64,000 nucleotides of DNA from Bispira polyomma (taxonomy: Eukaryota): positions 82,460,001-82,524,000 of the forward strand of contig OZ287750.1 in assembly GCA_965649765.1 (NCBI GenBank), given 5' to 3'. Of the stretch, positions 24,330 to 37,340 are shown in pieces. The notes under the pieces are model-generated. The model had not been told where the DNA came from. It did no database searches and saw nothing but the letters and a program-made list of their open reading frames with translations. A program made the translations under genes and the position numbers. Each line of letters begins with the position of its first letter. Positions within the stretch are counted from its first letter, which is position 1.

Positions 24330-27300
24330 ATGTGGTAAATTTCTGAGAAATATTTTGTCCCCGATTCTGTATACTGTCTTTCTTTGTCTGGATTTGATCT
24401 GTTTGCGATTTCATGAGAAATAACCTTGTATTTATTTGTCAATGTAATGTTTATTAAAGCATAAAATACTCACGTCTCAAACTGTTCATTTGACCATTAG
24501 TTATGAAGCCTATAAGGCAAATTTTACAGGTCAGAAGATCTTTGAATTGTGTATTTTCTCCAGTGAATCCTGTGCTATCTGTATTAAAATAAAAATTATA
24601 AGGGCACTCAGTAGAGTACATAGCTCTGCCAAAGTACCAAAGGCTGAAAACAAATTTTTGGGTCCGGTCGCCAACCTAAAATATAATAATTATTGTAATA
24701 ATAATTTTAACATATCATAATACACACCACAATATAACCATGTTTTTTAAAAATAATTCTTGTAATCCAACATCCATAGAACATATCTGTTCTTTTAGCA
24801 GCTGAGGCAGGTGTTACACTTAAGAAAATATCATGTTACTTCTTTAAGTGTTATGTTTCAGTTAAATTTGATGTGTCCAATTTGATCTTGAATTGTGGAC
24901 AAATGAAATGTGCTCTTTGAATAAACACATTAAAAAGCTTCAACTAGCATTCTCTGGTTCTCCTGTCACAGGTGCCAGTTGAAATATTGCATTTGTTTTT
25001 TTGGCGATCCTCACTAAATCACCATTTTCCTGCAAGGTGGTCTGGTGGGTAATCGTCTTAAGAACGGTTTCTACCCATAATATTCACATATATTTACCTA
25101 CTTCTTATATCTAAGACAAGTATATCTCTAGCTGTAGGAAGTTTTTTTTGTGACAAAGAAATTCAAGAAATATATGTCTGGGATGGGGATGTTCTTATTA
25201 TTTCTGTGCAGAAGGAAAGGACAGCTACCGGCTGTGTCAGTAAACGTGGTGGGTAAAAGGCTGAATTAAGAACACAAAGGACATGGGTTCGACCCAAGCC
25301 TGGGGTGACTAGGTACAGATGTATTGTGGCTCAGATGACATTAAAAATGGTGGTCCTCTGTCATGGGGTCCTATCCCATACGCCTCTCTCTTCGGATAGA
25401 CTTTTGATATTTGCTAATATTTAGTACAGTGAACGTCAACAAACTTAATTTGATTTGATTATGTTTCTTTTGGCTCATGTGTCACTATTGAAATAAGGCC
25501 TGATTTTCTTGACTTTTTGTGTTGGTCAAATATAAAGGCTGAAATAAAAAATGGACTAATTTCTTTTAACAGAATCAAACGGCTGGTTTCGTTTACATGT
25601 ACTATTTCTCAGAAATAGTTTGTCCCCAAATCTGTATCCTGTCTTTTCTTTGGCTGGTTTTGATACGATTACAATTTCATGAGAAATAACCTTACTTTTA
25701 TTTGTAAATATATGTTCCTTAAGGCATAAAACCATGTGGTCAACTGTTTTTACATTTTACCATTATTTAAGAAGCTTTTGGAGCACATTTAATAGGTCAG
25801 AAGTTCTTGGATATGTGTTTTTTTCTCTAGTGAATCACGTACTCATGTACATGTATACATAAAAATACCACCTACATAAAATTGAATAAAATTGTCCTTT
25901 ACACGTGAAAATATTTCTGTGATCCTTTAGGCCTTTTCTCACCTTACAAATTAGTCAAATGGTCAAAATAGTAACAAATCTTTTTGACATTTTGTCTTGA
26001 TTTCTTTTTTTATTCACTTTAAAGAAACATAATGCTTAGACAAACACTCAAACACAGTCGGATTTTAAAATACAATAATCCTTATAGTAAAATTTTAAAG
26101 TTAATCATAACCACAATAACTTTTTTTTTTTTTGTTTTTTTATAATTTTTGTAAATCCATTATCCAAATCTGTTCTTTTAACAGCTGACCCAGGTGTAGA
26201 TTTATGGGGAAAAAATCTTATTACCCGCAATGGTTAGTTTTCTGTTGAATTTAATGTGTTAATTTTATCTTGAATTTGTGGCCAAATCAATTGTGGCCTT
26301 TAAACATAATACAAGACTTCAACGAGCAGGGGTCTGGTTATCTGGTTACAATGCAGGTCACAGTTGAGATATGTATTTTTTTGGTGATCCGTACAAGATC
26401 ACCATTTATCTAGTATTGTGGCCTGGTGGGTAATCTTGCTCCCAGACTTAAAGTGTTTAAGATAAGGTCATCTTAGTGCGTACGTAACCAAACCTTAACT
26501 TCAATATCAGTCAAAAGTGTAAGTTAAGGTCACCTTAGTGTGTGACCGCAGCAACCTTAACTTAAAGTAACTCTAAGGTTGTCAGAAACTATATGAATAT
26601 ACTAACATAAATGTGTGTAATTAACTCAAGTATGTATAATCAGCGGATATGTAAATAAATTGTAATATTAGTCATGAATGTGTGCGTATAATAAGCTAGT
26701 AAACCGCAATGGTGTTATCTTTTGAAATCATTCCTATTGGGTGGCAGGGCCTGTTGCTCCCAGACGTCATAAGAACAGTTTCTATACCAAATGTTTAAGG
26801 AATATCACATGACAAACCATGATATACGGTAACAATTACCATATATCATAGGGTTTGAATGTGTTATTCCGATCCCAACATGACAAATTAAAATAATTAC
26901 CCAATTCCTGCTGTATTTACTGCAAAATCACATTACTGAAGGACCTATATCCACTGAGCATTAAGTACACTACAGACGAAATAAGTGTTTGTGTATATGG
27001 TGAAATTCACCGTAACATTCAGCCAATCATAATTGCTGAAACAGCCGTGTCGCGTTAGAAGCACATAGAGATAGATATCACCAGCTGTAAGATAGTGGGA
27101 AGTTTTCATTGTGAGAAAGAAATTCAAGAAATATATTGTCTTATATTAGGATATTCTTTTTATTTCTGGTTAGGGAAAATGACAGCTACACAAAGGACAT
27201 GGGTTGATCCCTTTGAGCCTGGGGTGACCAGGTAGTGGCAGATATATAGTGGCTCAGGTGACCATTTAAAATGGTTGTCCTCTGTCATGGGGTCCTATCC

Positions 27301-28680
27301 CACACGCTTATCTCTTCGGGTAGACTTTTGATATTGCTAGCCCAAATATTTAGTACAGTAAAGTACCACAAACTTGATTAGATTATTTACATTTTAGCTC
27401 CTGTTTCAGTATTAAAATAAGGCATGATTTCCTTGACTTTGTTTGTTGGTCAAATATAGGCTAAATAAAAATGGATCAATTTCTTTTAAATGGGCTCAAA
27501 CGCCTGTTTTTGTTTACATGTACCATTTCTCAGAAATAGTTTGTTCCCCGATTCTGTATCCTGTCTTTTCTTTGATCCTATTACAATCTCATGAGAAATA
27601 ACCTTAACTTTATTATATGTCTTTAAGGCATAAAAGACCATGTGTAAGGGCACTTAGTAGTGTGCTTACCTCCGCCAAAGTGCCAAAGAGGAAAAACAAA
27701 TTTCTTGATCAGGCCATCTACCCAAAATATAATGAAATTGCCCTTCATATGTAAATATATAGAATATATTTAAAAATATTTCTGTGATCCTTTAGCTTTT
27801 AGACTACAAAATAGTCAATATTAAAAAAAAATCACCAATTTTTGCACCATTTTGTTTTCATTTAATTTCAAATTTGTTCATTCCCTTTGAAGAAACATGA
27901 TGCTTAGACAAACTTGAACACGATGGGATTTTAAAATACTATATTCATTATAATAATATATAAAGTTAATCATAATACATACCACATCATAACCGTTTTT
28001 TTTTATAATTCTTGTAAATCCACCATCCTTATCTGTTCATTTAGCAACTAAGCCAGGTGTGGATTTATGGCAGGAAAATATCTTATTATCTCGTAACAGT
28101 TATTTTTCTTTTGAATTTGATCTACAGTTTGTGTAAATCAATTGTAGCTTTTAAACATATTAACAGGCTCCAACAAGCAGGAGTCTGTTTCTCCTGTTAT
28201 AATGCATGTGACAGTTGAGATATTTATATCAGATATCTCCAGCTATAAGATAGTAGGAAGCTTTCCTTGTGAGAAAGAAAAGCCAAACATATATGTCTTG
28301 GATGAGGATTTTATAATTATTTATGTGTCTGGTTAGGGAAAAGGGACAGCTATATGCTGTGTCAGTATACCCAGTGGGTAAAATACTGAATAAAGAACAC
28401 ATGGGACGTGGGTTCGATCCCAGGCCTTGGGCGACAAGGTACAGTAGATGTATATTGGCTCAGATGATTACTTGAAGTGGTGGTTTTCTGTCATGGGGTC
28501 CTAACCCACCAGTCTCTTAGCGTCAGACAAACTTTTTTGATATTTGCTAACACGAATACAAGTACAACAAATTTCGTTAGATGATTGACATATTTTAGCT
28601 CATGTTTGACTTTTGAAATAAGACATAATTTCTTAGACTTTTTGTGTTGGTCAAATAAAAGCTAAACAAATGGATCAATT
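24330..28680. repeat. Three diverged tandem copies of a ~1.2-1.9 kb unit, each containing a tRNA-SINE
   Basis: Landmarks recur in order: catgagaaataacctt (24412, 25678, 27590); SINE with ggacatgggtt and ctgtcatggggtcc (~25280, ~27196, ~28410); gttggtcaaatat at unit ends. Confidence 0.85.
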
Positions 28681-29199
28681 TAAGTTTACATATGCCAATA
28701 ACACAAATAATAGTATAATATTTGGGTAATGTAAATCCTAGCCCTGTTTAAATAACGTGAGGGTGTATTTTAGGAAAAGTCTACTTAGTTCGGTACTGGG
28801 AAAATTTCTATACATGCCAATAATATCTATAATTCGAATAAACTGTTCTAATGGTTTAGTACTTGATATGTTCATCTATATGATGTTTTAGTATTGGTGC
28901 AGAAAAATATAGTAGTGCCTGCAAAACTACTATTCCACATTAACACGTTATTGATGAAGACTAAAATAAGCAATTTGTAATCTACCATTATTAGTAACAA
29001 GTTCCTTTTTCAGTTTTTAATTAATTATCTTATTCTTGGTATACAATTGTCCCGTTCGAATATTGGCGGTATGGGAGGGGCAGTACCAGGATTTAGCAGG
29101 AGGAAGCAGAAGTTACTGTAACCTGTCGTTTTGCTTGTCTCAACGCCTGGAAATTGCTTTGATCTTGCAACCCACAGACAACCCGCAACCCACAGACAG

Positions 29200-30352
29200 A
29201 TGACCGTACCTTCGCAGCTCTTGCACATATTCTGGAACACAGACTCAACCTTCTTTCAGCCTTTGGGGCTGGTGGGGCATGTGAGGAATTCTTTCTGTTC
29301 TATGTCGATGATGGGCTGGCAAACTTCTGGCACGAACTTGGCTATGGTTGACCTGCCCACTACGAACAAGTACTGCAGTGATGTGTAGGACTCCCCAGAA
29401 GCCAAATGTCTCAAAGTGATGGCTATTCTGAGTCCAGGGGCCAGTGCCTTCCTGTACCAGGTGGTGTGTCTCTGTATCCAGTGCCCCACCCTCCTCTCCA
29501 TCTCCTGGAATATGTCAAGGCGCATCCTGAGGAAGTTGTGGTATGAATGGAGATCTTGCTGCTCCAGGCATGGCATGAATGATGTGTAGTGTTCATGTTC
29601 TGCCCTTTCACTAACCCATGGCTTGATCCAGAACCTTGGCCTTGGACTTCGTCTTCTACCCACCTGAGCCTGAGACTGAGGCTGAGACTTACATTCAGTG
29701 CATCCCTTTGCCTTCTTAATCGTCTTATCCTGATTTTGATGTCAATAATAACAATCAATTGTGCTTGCATGTAAGCAATTACAGCCCTAAGGCATTTGCT
29801 AGATTTATTATTCTTTGTGGAATCGTGTTTATCAATTAAAACTCTCTGGATTCAAGTTTGAACTTAGTACAAAAATTTCTATCTGGATCAGCCATTCCCT
29901 CGGCCGACTTATCTTAGTGTCCAATGACTGGATCGTAATGCCCTTATGACCTATATTTTGGATTGTAAGCAGTTCCAATGACTTATCTTTAGCAATCGGA
30001 GAGCTTGGGAGAAAAAAATGTAATCCTGACAACTAATCGGGTCGATCGATTGTAATGCTAATGACTTATCTGGGAGGTCTGGGGATTCCTACGACTTATC
30101 TTTCCAATCAGGGAGGTCGGAAGCCCAAAAATGTGATCGTGAATACAAATCGGACTGATCAATTGTAATGCTAACAACTTATCGGGCTGGTCGTACCACT
30201 TGTCCGAGCGGTCATACGACTTATCTTACAGGTCGTGGTGATGCATTTTTTCACGCCCTTTTTTCAAAACATCATGGGAAAATGCCAAGGATTGCTAATG
30301 ATCGCATAATCAGGGCTTCTCCCCGACCGTTTGTGATAGTGGAACAGCACCA
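29200..30352 (-). mobile_element. Truncated PIF/Harbinger DNA transposon (5' part of transposase plus one terminus)
   Basis: ORF 29256-29663 has FWIKPW...YHNFLRM...RKALAPGLRIAITLRHLASGESYTSLQYLF...TIAKFVPEVC, the HTH-containing N-terminal half of Harbinger transposases. It stops before the DDE domain and its N-terminus is frameshifted (29770). Subterminal GACTTATCT array at 29900-30230. Terminus tggtgctgttccactat (minus) is flanked by TTA/TAA. Confidence 0.85.
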
Positions 30353-32436
30353 TAAGTTGCAGTCTGCATTTGGGGTCCTGCATTGAATCTGGATGCAACA
30401 TGAATATCCATGAAAAATGAAACTTCGGCTACTGTCAAACCACAATGTCATGGTGACCAAACAACTTCCTGAAAATGGAGGGGATAAGAGTGCCACAAAA
30501 AGCACAGCTTAAGAATCTCTCATCTATACTACTCAAGAACCTAAAATTGAACTAAATAGAATGTTCAGTAGTAGTTGTTGTACACTGCACCTGCACACAC
30601 CTTCAAGCAAGAAGGACATGTTGATAAATCAATTCCATTGAATTGGAGGGGATAAGAGTGCAAGAAAAAGCAAAGCTGAACAGACATGGTCATGAATCAA
30701 TTCCATGGAAATGGAGGGATAACAGTGCAGAAAAAAGTGCATTGAGTTGAGCAGCTGCAAAATTCTACTACCAAGAATTGGTGAGACTTTTCAGTATTCG
30801 TACACTGCATCTTTCATTAACACAAAAACCTGGTCCTACCCTAACTGAAACTTCTCCCCAAGATGGTAATGCAATTATAAATATTATGTATTTGATATTT
30901 AAGATTGTATTTACTTTCTTGCAATGACAATAGGCTTATTTGAGTGGCAAAGCATTGATCACTTTTAAGGCCGTTGACAACAGTTTGTATTCAGGTGACA
31001 CTTTTCGGTAAATTTTGTTGTGTATCTTTTCTACAGAGATTTAGTAGAATTGCAGTCCTGCATCAAATTAAAATGGTGGACCAACTCGAATACTGCACAT
31101 GTGTCCAGTTAAAAACAATATTTAAATGAATATTTCACGGAATGTGATGAAAAAAGTATATTTTATTAGTTCATATTTATATAAATATTACATTTTTTTG
31201 TTGTTGTATACCTTGTATTGGAACAAGTATTTTGTACACCACCATTGTTAAAAGTGACTACAGCTCCACCTAGCGAGTTCATTGAAAGTTGCTAAACAAT
31301 ACACGTCTATATTCTAGCAGTAAAATTCTGTTAAGCCTTTTTTAAAAAAACTGTGCATATTATCATGTGCAAAAATGTACTCAACGCTGAAGTGCGACTT
31401 AAATACTGCAAATATCTTCTTACAACAGAGCTTGGGAATTTGATTCTACACGGAAATTGTAGGCACCGAGGACAAGCAATACGAAGATGTTTCTACTCTG
31501 AATAAAATTTTCTGAAATTGTAATGTTATGTAATATCATTTATAATAATAGCATTTTCAATAATGTTACAGTATTTCAAATAAAACCTTAGTGGTTTTAA
31601 CTTTTGTAATTTTCTGGTAAAAGTGACTAGAAACACTGAATGACCAGTGTATGCCCAGAAGGAATCGGAAACAGTCATAATTATGTTTTTTGTCATTCAT
31701 TATTTATGAGTTGTATTCGGTGATATTTAGTACAAGCAAAAGCTCACCATATTCGCATTTGGAGTTATAACCTGCAATTTTAAAATTATGTCTTGACTAT
31801 ACCTCTGAAGTCCTTACCAAAGGATGTTCATATGTAGAGGAAATGTCCAATAGGGTTGATAGAGACAGGATGGCTATTTCATACTCCAATATCTGGAGAG
31901 AGGCTTGTGGATGAACTTTGTTTAACGTCCCAAACGTTTTTTAATCTGTCACTGTTGATAAGACCCAATGATAGAGGGCTGTCTTTTTTATTGGTCATCC
32001 GAAACCACTATGTACCGGCGCCCCAGGCTGGGATCGAACCCAGGTCCTCTGCTTTCCTAAGTAAGTGTGTAACCCACTAGCTCACTAGGCAACAGTGGCA
32101 AAAAACATATGTTTTGGACAATAAATACTTCATAGTTAAATAACAGTTCATCTTCAGCACTTAAATGGATATTTGGACTGAAATATTACTGAAATTGTTT
32201 ATGTAATTCATTTTATGATTATGGTAACATGGATTCCCGGCAGGTGGGACATCATTGAGAATAACACAGCATAGCTAGCGATCAGTTATCAATGGCTCAT
32301 GTTCATATCTTGGCCAAGGAAGTTATATTCCAGTAACTATTTGGACATTACCTTTTTACAAATTACACTGAAAACAGTTCTTTCAAAACGGAAATATTAA
32401 ATTACCGAATTTAAGTAAACAAAATTTTAGTCGAAA

Positions 32437-35353
32437 TTAGTCTGCAGATAAATTAGCCAGGCCAAACCCAGTGATCACAATGTTTACCACAAACACTATG
32501 TAGGTAAGTACAGTTAGTACACATTGCCAGAAGGCTGCCTTCTTCATCACCTTGCTGTCAGTAACACGCTTCATGTGATCTTGCACTACTGCCCCTGTCT
32601 TAGTGAAGTTCTTGAATTGCTGCTGTTGGTCTTGTAAATCCTCGAGTTGTGTCGTCATGTCAGAAATCTCCTCATCTATACCATCAACGTCATTTTCAGC
32701 ATAAACATGATTACGTTTATCTTGAAGTTCTATAATCTTGCTCTTTGTCCAGCTGATTTCTTCTGGTAGGGGAGCCGAGTCCTTTTGCCTTTGGAAGTTT
32801 TCCTTTGTCCATTCTTCATGCTCTTGTATATTCTGGATCAAACAAAACGTGAAAAACAATTATATTTGTTTGTATTTGAGATTACTGAAATTTCTCAAAT
32901 ATATATCCTGTGCTTAAAATATAACTCTACTTGTGTTTCACATATGTTACTTACCTTGCTCAAGGCCCATATTTCTGCCACAGCCACAACATCCTGGACT
33001 ATTCTCTGTCGATGTATGCAATCCCTCAATACTGTATGATGCATCTGGTGTAGTTTTCTCATTTTGGGTGTCTACCGGGGCAACACTTTTGTGAGGACGC
33101 AAACATGGACAAAGTATACCCTTGCAATAATACCCGAAATCCCGTTGAAACTGCGACAGAAATGATTTCACTGTAGCAATGTATATGGCTAGGACTCCAG
33201 ACATGAACTGCAGTATTAGAGCAGTTATAACAAGACCCAAACAGAATTTGTAGTATGTAACAACATTGGGGCCAGCATCAATGAGAACTTTGAAGATACC
33301 GACATGGATAACAAACATGGAGGTAGTGCCAGCCACTTGAGTTTTATCCTTGGCATCGATACCACTAGTTAAGGCATCTATTTGATTATTCTGAAAATAA
33401 AATGACAAGATATAGTTGGTTCAAATCAAATAAAAGACAATATTTGACATGAGAATGTTATCTTAACTCATTTGTTGTATGAATTAAGCCTCTTTTATTT
33501 TGTATTAAGTCCATTATCCGAACATGTTGGAAGAGCAAAATTTTGTTTGGATAATAGAAGGTTCATAATTTTAAAAAGGGAATTTTAGTATCAAACAATA
33601 AGAAAACATGAATTTAAGAGAATGGAAATGTGTTTAAAAATCGATTTTTTTAACCACAAAAGTTCGGATAATAGAGGTTCTAGAGTACATATTTAGTGAT
33701 TACATAAATATAAGGTTATTTTACATATATATTTTGTTATTCCAAAGAGCAATTACCCTGGAACTCATTATTTTGAAGTAATCGTGTTCTCTGTTATTCT
33801 ATACACATATTAGATGCACTACAATCTGGAACAAACCAAATAATGACCTAAAGCTGTTGTTATTTCAATATTACAAATTGACATTTAAACATTTTGAGGC
33901 AACCAACAACAATAAAAACTATACATATAACTTCTAAATAGAATACATTAAATCATGTCTGAACCATTTCTCTAATAGCATATTTCTTTTGGCATAATTA
34001 ATCTTCCAGGATATGGCCACTAAAATAAAAATTTCTCCATTAATGAGTAATAATAGGTGTTTTATATGTGACAAGACTAAAATAAATTGAAAACATAAAT
34101 ACAACAATGAATGTCTCTGTATTAAGTATTATGTACAGGCTAGGAGACATGTTTGGGTTCTCTCTTTGGAAATGGATACAATTATTGAAGTCCCGGAGGT
34201 CTGAAGTCCAACAGTTCTATTTATATATTTGTGTCTAACATCTCATTTATATTATAATTCTTGTTAATGACATAAATCAGTGTAATTTTAATTCTAGTTA
34301 GAAAATAGTTGTGTTGAAATACCGTTATAAGATATACATACCAAAACTAAATCAAAAATCAACCTAAACTTTTAACAGAGGGTTCAATTTAAAACATATA
34401 CACTCATTTAGCTGAGTATCACACTAAATAAGTTAATCTGGATAATCTATCATTTGTATATCCTGCATATTTTCATTATTAGTGTGGCATAAACATGTTA
34501 CAGCAAAGATCCTCTTCAAAAAAGAAACAGATGAGACTCTTAAAACACTGGTTGCCACTAAAAACATTTACTACTACAGCCCCTATCCCACTCCCAAAAT
34601 GTTTTTCAGTGTGACATCCCACAAACTTAATTCAACAACAATCTTCAAAACCTATTTTCATGTCTAAAGAAAAAGGTTTGTATTGCGTTTGTATGAGCCT
34701 TAATTTTGCAAACACAGAATTCGAAATGTTCAAATTCTACACGGGGACACTAGCAGTCCGTAACATCAATGTGTTTGGATCTTATTACTATCTTATGACT
34801 TTTTTTCGACATTCAAGTTGAAAAGGACTGCAAATGGCTGTGGACACCGCTTTATATAGTAGAACTTCAAGTCTTATCCCTGTTTGGTTACTGTCTTACA
34901 AAGGTCTTAACATGTTCCCTTTGAAGTCTTCTTATAATTGACGCCTTAGTCTTACTGATGATACGTGAGTCACACATAAAGATGTCTTAATTTATGCAAG
35001 TTTACAATACAATCCTTACAATCCTTCTGTGGTGTGGCTGTCTTTTGTACTGTTGCCGACAAAATTAGTCGAAATGGAATTGTGGCTGAACACCACAAAG
35101 TTTTTTATCTCTTGAAACAAAAATACCCATTGGGTGAACAACTTTTCCCCCTGTTGCATTATGGATACATTTATCAACATAGTAAAATATCACAAACGAA
35201 AGGATTATACACCTCACAAAACATACCTCTGTACTGATCTGCGGATGGTACATTTGGTAGTGGGGCTGCTCGTGGGGTCCTTGAAGATGATCCAGGTGGT
35301 GGGGTCCTTGACAGTGAAATCGGTGATGATGTCCTTGACATTTCACGTTCCAT
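32437..35353 (-). pseudogene. Ninjurin-like protein, copy 2 (probably disabled paralogue); exon homologues 35227-35353, 32955-33390, 32437-32832
   Basis: Exons 3 and 4 are highly similar to copy 1, with the same splice sites. The exon 2 homologue is absent (33455 aligns to 19401). A 14-nt deletion at the start of exon 4 shifts the frame (G|AA TAT ACA AGA GCA TGA). Confidence 0.75.
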
Positions 35354-35456
35354 CACAAAGTGTTGTTATTTTTTAAATTAATAAAAAAAAATTAAAACTC
35401 TACCATTCAGCAACACTGGCTGTTAGTAACTACACTCTTATGGAAAAGGGACAGGG

Positions 35457-35545
35457 TTTTATACTATCAATTCAGGGTCATCTTCCCACTCTAAAATGGT
35501 ATAATCTGGAGAGAATTTAACCAATCCCGCACACAGGGAAATCCC
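35457..35545 (-). promoter_or_regulatory. Putative promoter of copy 2: TATAAAA, CCAAT and a kappaB-consensus site
   Basis: TATAAAA (minus) at 35457-35463, CCAAT at 35521-35525, GGGAAATCCC at 35536-35545. Confidence 0.45.
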
Positions 35546-35939
35546 TGCATATTTTATGCCCCACACCCCCTTTTTATTTTAGGTTACTCCAAGTGAACAA
35601 ATTTATATGGGGACAATCCATGGACCAACACCTAAACTGGGTCAAGTTCAAAAACAATTAAAGAGTTTATCTGTGCATGACAATTTTGTTACATTTTATT
35701 GATAAATCCAAAGCATCTAGCAATGGTTGTAGAAACTATATAAAACAATAACAAATTATATTATACAGCAGGAGTGGGTCACACTAATTGTAAACTTAAG
35801 ATTAAAGTTAGTTTATAAGGCCCACCAGAGGGCTAGGATACTAATTGTTCATTAGTGTGTAGGTGTTTATATGTCAAAGTAATAAATAAGTCACAGACGA
35901 AACTCACTATTCATGCAGATTTATTAGTGTCATTGAAAT

Positions 35940-37340
35940 TATTTGGTACTTTTTTCACAAATGGCTTGTCCCTGATTTTGTTTCTTGTCTTTTTTTTTTT
36001 TTTTTTTTGGTCTAGAAATTGAGTTAACGATTTCATGACACGCATTCCATTACAAAGACAAATATACAATTAATACACCCACAAGTAACCTTGATTTTAT
36101 TTGTCAATATAGGTTTATTAAGGCATAAACTAAACGTGTTAAACTGTTTTTATCATTTTATCATAATTGAAGAAGCTTTTAGTGCACATTTTATAGGTTA
36201 GACGTATTTGGATTTATGTATTTTCCCTGATGAATCATGTACTCAAAATAAACAGGACCAAAATAAAAATTAAAATCAGAAGGGCACTCAGTAGACTGTA
36301 TACCTCCGCCAAAGGATGAAAACAAATTTCTGGGTCCGGCCGTCAGCCTAAAATATAATGGAATTGTCCTTCATACGTAGCATACAAAGGATATGTTTTA
36401 AAATATTTCTGTGATACTTTTAGGCTTTTACTCAAAATAGTCACAATAGTCAAATAGTCACCAATCTTTTTTACATTTATGTGTGTGTTAAATTTCTCTT
36501 TTATTGATTCCCTTTTAAGAAACATAATGTTCAGAGAAACTTGAACACGATGACATTTTAAATTACAATAAATATTATAATAATATATCATAACACATTC
36601 CAAGATAATCTTTTTTTTAATTTTTTGTAATCCACCATCCTTATCTGTTCTTTTAGCAGCTGAGCCAGGTGTAGATTTATTGCAAGTAAACGTATGATTA
36701 CAAATAATAGTGTTTTTTCCTGTTGAATTTTATGCGTTAAATTTGATCATGACTTTGTGACTAAATCAAATGTGGCCTTATGACTAAATATAACAATTTC
36801 TCCAAACAGAGGGGCCTAGTTATCCTGTTAGAATTCAGGTGACAGTTAAGATGTTGCATATGTTTGTTTACCTGAGGATTCTCACAAGATCACCATTTTT
36901 GCTGGTGGGTCATATTGTTCCCAGATGTCCTATTAACAGTTTATTGTTTCTAGATAGTGTGGGAAGCTTTTTCTTGTGCCAAAGAAATGATGCTAGAAAC
37001 ATGTCGTTGGATAGGGAAACATTATTATTTCTGGTTAGGGAAAAGGGCAGCTATAGACTGTGTCAGTATACCTGGTGGGTAAAATACATTCATTTAAGAG
37101 CACAAGAGGACATGGGTTCGATCCCAACCTGGTAAAGGCAGATATATAGTGGTTTGGATGTGTCCTCTGTCATGGGCTCAAGCCCCTACAGCCTCTCTCT
37201 TTAGACAGACTTTTGATATTTGAAAACACAAATACTTTGCACAAGTAAAAAGTGCAGTAAATTTGATTTTAACTGATACAATGAGGCATAATTTCCTTGA
37301 CATTTTGTGTTGGCCAGATAAAGGCTAAAATAAAAAAAGG
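35940..37340. repeat. Single copy of the SINE-containing unit that is triplicated at 24330-28680
   Basis: Same landmark order: gggcactcagtag, tatctgttcttttagcagctgagccaggtg, ggacatgggttcgatccc, ctgtcatggg. Confidence 0.8.

Noticed and set aside
35065-35346. His/Gln-rich ORF (QGHHHRFHCQGPHH...)
   Set aside because: Alternative frame of copy 2 exon 1, starting at GTG. The other frame has the ATG context conserved with copy 1. It would be phase 0 at the donor, but no ATG precedes most of it.
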